NCBI GenBank assembly: GCA_046757025.1
Contig: JBHHXN010000174.1
Location: forward strand, 1-10,839
Reading direction: 5' to 3'
DNA: 10,839 nt
Source: a bacterium
Lineage (GTDB): Bacteria; Zhuqueibacterota; Zhuqueibacteria; Oceanimicrobiales; Oceanimicrobiaceae
Position 1 is the first letter of the stretch; each line of letters opens with the position of its first letter. Below are positions 7,619 through 10,839 of the stretch, one piece after another. Made by a program: the position numbers and the translations under genes. Under the pieces are notes generated by a model. That model did not search any database. It was not told where the DNA came from and saw only the letters and a list, made by a program, of their open reading frames with translations.

Positions 7619-8155
7619 TCAGGCGGCTTTCAAACCCATTTTAACGACGTATTCTTCCACCGACGGCAGCTCCGATTTGGCGAGCTTCCATTCGTTGATG
7701 AAGTGCTTGTATGAGTTGATCAGCTTCATGTTAAATTCCCGCATGCTGATCAAGCGCTCACAAATCGTTTTCAACCTGGCCTTCTCTTCCATGCTAGCCG
7801 CTTGGTATTTTTTCAACATGGGCTGCAAGTGGTTTTCCGCTACCTGTAAATTCTGTTCGTACAACCGCGACAGGTTGATGCTCGCCTGTAGAAATACATC
7901 TGAAGAAATTTGAAAATGATGTTTGCGCTCGCCTTTGACACGCACCCGACGGATCAGGTTGAGCTCCTCTAACCGGCGGCAAATTTGATTGATGGGCGTT
8001 TTGGTGACGTTGAGAACTTCACAAATCTCCTCCACCGAAACCGGTTCGGTTTCACATATCAACAATCCGACCACCCGGCCCATCAATTCGCTGTGACCAA
8101 ACTTGACATAACCGCTGCCAAAATCCTCAATGATTTCTCGTTGAATTTCTTTCAT
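7619..8155 (-). CDS. GbsR/MarR-family winged-helix transcriptional regulator
   Basis: 178 aa. IIEDFG....FG.SELMGRVVGLL...EPVSVEEICEVLNVTKTPINQICRRLEELNLIRRVRVKGERKHHF matches the GbsR-type wHTH pattern (wing G-E-R-K-x-x-F), followed by a helical dimerisation region. GGAG RBS. Confidence 0.88.
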   Translation of the reverse strand: MKEIQREIIEDFGSGYVKFGHSELMGRVVGLLICETEPVSVEEICEVLNVTKTPINQICRRLEELNLIRRVRVKGERKHHFQISSDVFLQASINLSRLYEQNLQVAENHLQPMLKKYQAASMEEKARLKTICERLISMREFNMKLINSYKHFINEWKLAKSELPSVEEYVVKMGLKAA

Positions 8156-8256
8156 TTATTTTCTCCAATCGAGTATTTTTATGAAATATTAGTTCAGAAT
8201 TGTGGAAATTTTCTTGGAAAAGTGATGACGATTCAACTTTTGGCTGTTGGTTTTTA

Positions 8257-8328
8257 GTCTGTCTGCGTCTGCATGCTTCCGCAGGACAGGCAGGCAGCAG
8301 ACAGGTGCTTTTTTTCGCACAGGCAGGC
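8257..8328. repeat. Nested REP-like palindromic element (CTGYCTGC...GCAGRCAG type)
   Basis: CTGTCTGC (8259-8266) pairs with GCAGACAG (8297-8304). ACAGGCAGGC occurs twice (8286-8295 and 8319-8328). Confidence 0.5.
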
Positions 8329-8376
8329 TAATTGCCAATTGCTTAATCGTTCAGAAAATAGATAATTTTTTTGGCG

Positions 8377-9261
8377 TTATTTTTTGGTTTTCTCCGACAA
8401 AAAATCGATCACATCTTGATTGAACTGATTCGGGATTTCCACAAAGAACTGGTGGCCGAGATCCTCATACACTTTGAGCTGACTGTTCGGAATCTTTTTG
8501 TTCAAATTGTAAGCATTGGCAATCGGCACCAGCAGGTCTTTGGTGGCGGCCATGATTAAAGTTGGCGCTTTTATGTGTTTGGCTTCTTCAGATAAATTGA
8601 AGCTCGTACCAGCCGCAATTTGGGCAAGGTAAGCATGTGGCGGTTGCGGATTTTCAAGTCTTAAATCGATCAGATGCTCAAATTCTTCTTGTTGCATAAA
8701 CGTTTTAGAGTACGCCAGCCTGAGTTTTTTACGGGTCAGTTCGCGCGGGTCGCCTTCATTGACAAAAAACATGGCCAGCGTTTCCTTGGACATGGGCACG
8801 TGGTCGGGTCCGCCGGCGCTGGTAGAAACCAGAATCAGGCGGTGGACTTTGTCCGGGTAGCGCAGGGCAAAATCCTGTGCGATGAACCCACCCAGGGAGA
8901 TGCCGAGAATGTGTGCCTGGGGAATTTTAAGGGTGTCCATCAAAGCAGCGAGGTCATCCGCCATCATGGCGACGGAGTAGGGGCCGGGCGGTTTGTCTGT
9001 TTTGCCCACACCGCGATTGTCGTAAACCACGGTGGTGAAGTGTTTGGCAAATTCCGGTGCCTGCTTTTCCCAAATCCAGGCGGCTACGCCCAGACCTTCG
9101 ATCAAAATCAGGTGCGGACCGCGGCCGTAAATTTCGTAATAAATTTCAATGCCGTTGGCTTTGACTGAGTTTGATGGCTGACCGAGCACTGCATGATTAA
9201 TTGGCATGAAAAAAAATCCCATGAAAATGATCAAAAAACACAATCGTGGTTTCTTTGGCAT
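8377..9261 (-). CDS. Alpha/beta-fold hydrolase (esterase/enol-lactonase-like) with probable Sec signal peptide
   Basis: 294 aa. N-terminal MPKKPR-LCFLIIFMGFFFM-PINHAVLG|Q extension; LILIEGLG, YDNRGVGKTDKP, GISLGG nucleophile elbow, Asp in TKDLLVP, His in LGHQFF. Confidence 0.93.
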   Translation of the reverse strand: MPKKPRLCFLIIFMGFFFMPINHAVLGQPSNSVKANGIEIYYEIYGRGPHLILIEGLGVAAWIWEKQAPEFAKHFTTVVYDNRGVGKTDKPPGPYSVAMMADDLAALMDTLKIPQAHILGISLGGFIAQDFALRYPDKVHRLILVSTSAGGPDHVPMSKETLAMFFVNEGDPRELTRKKLRLAYSKTFMQQEEFEHLIDLRLENPQPPHAYLAQIAAGTSFNLSEEAKHIKAPTLIMAATKDLLVPIANAYNLNKKIPNSQLKVYEDLGHQFFVEIPNQFNQDVIDFLSEKTKK

Positions 9262-9404
9262 TTTGTTCTCAGTTTTACGCAGAATGGGTTATCTGTAACT
9301 GCAGCTTGGTTTGAAATCGTTAATTGGAATCGCGCCGCTGGCAGATCATTATTTTTAGTTTTGCTAAAAGCAGGTCAGGATACAAAAGAAAAGAAATTAT
9401 CATT

Positions 9405-9436
9405 ACTGAAAAAACTTTAAAAAAAGTTAATTCAGT
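9405..9436. promoter_or_regulatory. Operator-like 32-bp palindrome
   Basis: ACTGAA-aa-AACTTT-aaaa-AAAGTT-aa-TTCAGT, symmetric about 9420/9421 and overlapping the predicted transcription start of the minus-strand cluster. Confidence 0.6.
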
Positions 9437-9440
9437 TATA

Positions 9441-9469
9441 ACAATAATTAAAATATTTTAAAATGTCAA
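9441..9469 (-). promoter_or_regulatory. Sigma70-type promoter for the minus-strand cluster
   Basis: Perfect -35 TTGACA (9469-9464), 17-nt AT-rich spacer, -10 TATTGT (9446-9441), and AT-rich upstream sequence. Confidence 0.65.
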
Positions 9470-9587
9470 GACTTTTTTTCAAGTATGTAAAATTTTTTGA
9501 AATAATTTTTAATAAAAGTTGATTTTTACTAAGGAATTGTTATCTATTGAAAATATCTATTTGGAGTCTTAAGCGTAGGAGGGTATT

Positions 9588-10229
9588 ATGGCCAAAAGTT
9601 ATGTTTCAAATAAAGACGAGTCGATTCCATTATTTAAAAATAAATGGCTGGATAAATTTACTTACGTGCATCCCACGGTGCCGGTCATTTTGTACTTACC
9701 GGTCATTGCCTTTTTCATGCGGCGGGGGCTTGTAGCGAATGATTTTACGGTTGCAGCGATTGTGGGATTGTTTGCAGGCGGCTTTCTGCTGTGGACGCTC
9801 ACTGAGTACCTCATGCATCGTTTTGTTTTTCATTTCGAACCGAAATCCCATTGGGGGCAGTATTTACACCATCTCATGCACGGCGTTCATCATGATTACC
9901 CGAATGACTCCCGGCGGCTGGTGATGCCGCCGGTGGTGAGCATTCCGCTGGCGTTTTTCTTTTATGGCCTGTTCACGGTTCTCATTCCGGCGGTCTATCT
10001 TCCCGTGCTGTTCTCTGGATTTGTTTTTGGCTATGTCTGCTATGATGTGATACACTACGCCACGCATCATTTCCCTATGAAAGGCCGAATCGGTTTGTGG
10101 CTTAAGCACCACCATATTCGGCACCACTACCAAAACCCCGAGCTGGGTTATGGCGTCAGCTCGCCGCTGTGGGATGTGGTTTTTGGCACGACCTTTCCGG
10201 AAAAAGCGCAGGAGAAGAGCGCGGGTTAA
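9588..10229 (+). CDS. Fatty acid hydroxylase / sterol desaturase superfamily membrane di-iron enzyme (FA2H/Scs7-like, no cytochrome b5 domain)
   Basis: 213 aa. His boxes EYLMHRFVFH, HHLMHGVHH, YDVIHYATHH, HHHIRHH; HHDYPND..RLVMPP and YGVSSPLWD.VFGT motifs typical of fatty acid 2-hydroxylase-like proteins; hydrophobic TM segments. AGGAGG RBS at 9577-9582. Confidence 0.93.
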   Translation: MAKSYVSNKDESIPLFKNKWLDKFTYVHPTVPVILYLPVIAFFMRRGLVANDFTVAAIVGLFAGGFLLWTLTEYLMHRFVFHFEPKSHWGQYLHHLMHGVHHDYPNDSRRLVMPPVVSIPLAFFFYGLFTVLIPAVYLPVLFSGFVFGYVCYDVIHYATHHFPMKGRIGLWLKHHHIRHHYQNPELGYGVSSPLWDVVFGTTFPEKAQEKSAG

Positions 10230-10548
10230 GAAAGATGGTCATGGAATGAGGGTATAGGGTATAAGAGAAGTAAGCGTGGATTTTCACTATCGTGAACTGG
10301 CAGACTTTTGTGCACGAATTGCCTGCAGCTCATAATGCCTCTTGTAACAACTTGCCTGGGGTAAAGAAATACAGAACATTTGAGCTGCAACTTAGAAATA
10401 ACATTTGAGATGGCATAAAGCCATTCCTTAAAAAAAGGGTTCCTCATCAGAATTTGTGGGTAGAGATACTATGTCTTTTCGCAGGCTAGCGGCGGAAAGA
10501 TAGCCCCGGCACACGTCTGGGTAAATTGAAAAGGAAACTCGAAACATT

Positions 10549-10583
10549 CCGATTGCCGATTTGGGATTGGGGATTGCGGAATT
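10549..10583. repeat. Degenerate heptamer tandem repeat (5 units)
   Basis: CCGATTG CCGATTT GGGATTG GGGATTG CGGAATT. Confidence 0.65.
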
Positions 10584-10593
10584 ATCATGGAAA

Positions 10594-10788
10594 TAGTGTT
10601 TGAACGGAAGCTCGCCATTTTGTCATTCTGAGGAGCGCAGCGACGAAGAATCTCATACAGCCCAATTTGCGAAAATGCAAAAGTGGTAAATTCGTGCAGA
10701 GGGTTTGTTCTCTGAACAAATAGACTCGGTGGGAAAAGATTCTTTGGTCGCGGGCTGCCTCAGAATGACATTTTCCGTTCAGACACTA
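10594..10788. mobile_element. Non-autonomous composite inverted-repeat element (MITE-like with internal REP-like arms)
   Basis: Terminal IR TAGTGTTTGAACGGAA (10594-10609) / TTCCGTTCAGACACTA (10773-10788), 15/16 match. Inner IR TGTCATTCTGAGG..GCGAC.AAGAATCT (10621-10653) / AGATTCTT.GGTCGC..CCTCAGAATGACA (10737-10770). No ORF inside. Confidence 0.7.
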
Positions 10789-10790
10789 AA

Positions 10791-10839
10791 TAGTGATTGA
10801 CCGAAAAGTCCATATTTCTTCACCCTGAGCCCTTCGACA
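10791..10839. mobile_element. Left end of a second related inverted-repeat element (truncated by the window)
   Basis: TAGTGATTGACCGAAA (10791-10806) matches the first element's terminus at 13/16. It is followed by the REP-like arm TCACCCTGAGCCCTTCGACA. Confidence 0.5.

Noticed and set aside
9519..9561. Promoter for the hydroxylase (TTGATT ... TATCTA; TATCTATT direct repeat at 9541 and 9554)
   Set aside because: The -10 match is poor and the region is very AT-rich, so it cannot be placed with confidence.
10226..10447. 73-aa minus-strand ORF convergent on the hydroxylase
   Set aside because: No RBS or recognisable domain. It cannot be fully excluded, but nothing supports it.
10540..10839. CRISPR array or tRNA
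   Set aside because: The repeats are inverted or heptameric, with no regularly spaced direct repeats, no cas genes and no cloverleaf.

Overview
Bacterial window, roughly 50% GC in the coding regions. A TonB-dependent receptor indicates a diderm, and the FCB/KSB1-like style of the locus is only an impression. Most of the window is a minus-strand lipid/acyl-CoA gene cluster of at least 8 genes. In transcription order these are: a signal-peptide-bearing alpha/beta hydrolase, a GbsR/MarR-type regulator, a FabG-like SDR with an NAD-type fingerprint, a second alpha/beta hydrolase, an acyl-CoA ligase, a TonB-dependent receptor with no SusD partner, an atypical FabH/KAS III-fold enzyme, and a second acyl-CoA ligase that runs off the left edge and is missing from the ORF track. 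A His-box fatty acid hydroxylase gene is transcribed divergently from an AT-rich region that holds a TTGACA promoter and a 32-bp operator-like palindrome. The right end is non-coding: a heptamer tandem repeat, then a ~195-bp composite inverted-repeat (MITE/REP-like) element, then the start of a second, related element. The best candidate for an undescribed system is a PUL-like 'lipid/hydroxyacyl-ester utilisation locus' built on a probably non-decarboxylating KAS III-fold enzyme. All calls come from reading motifs by eye; no searches were run.
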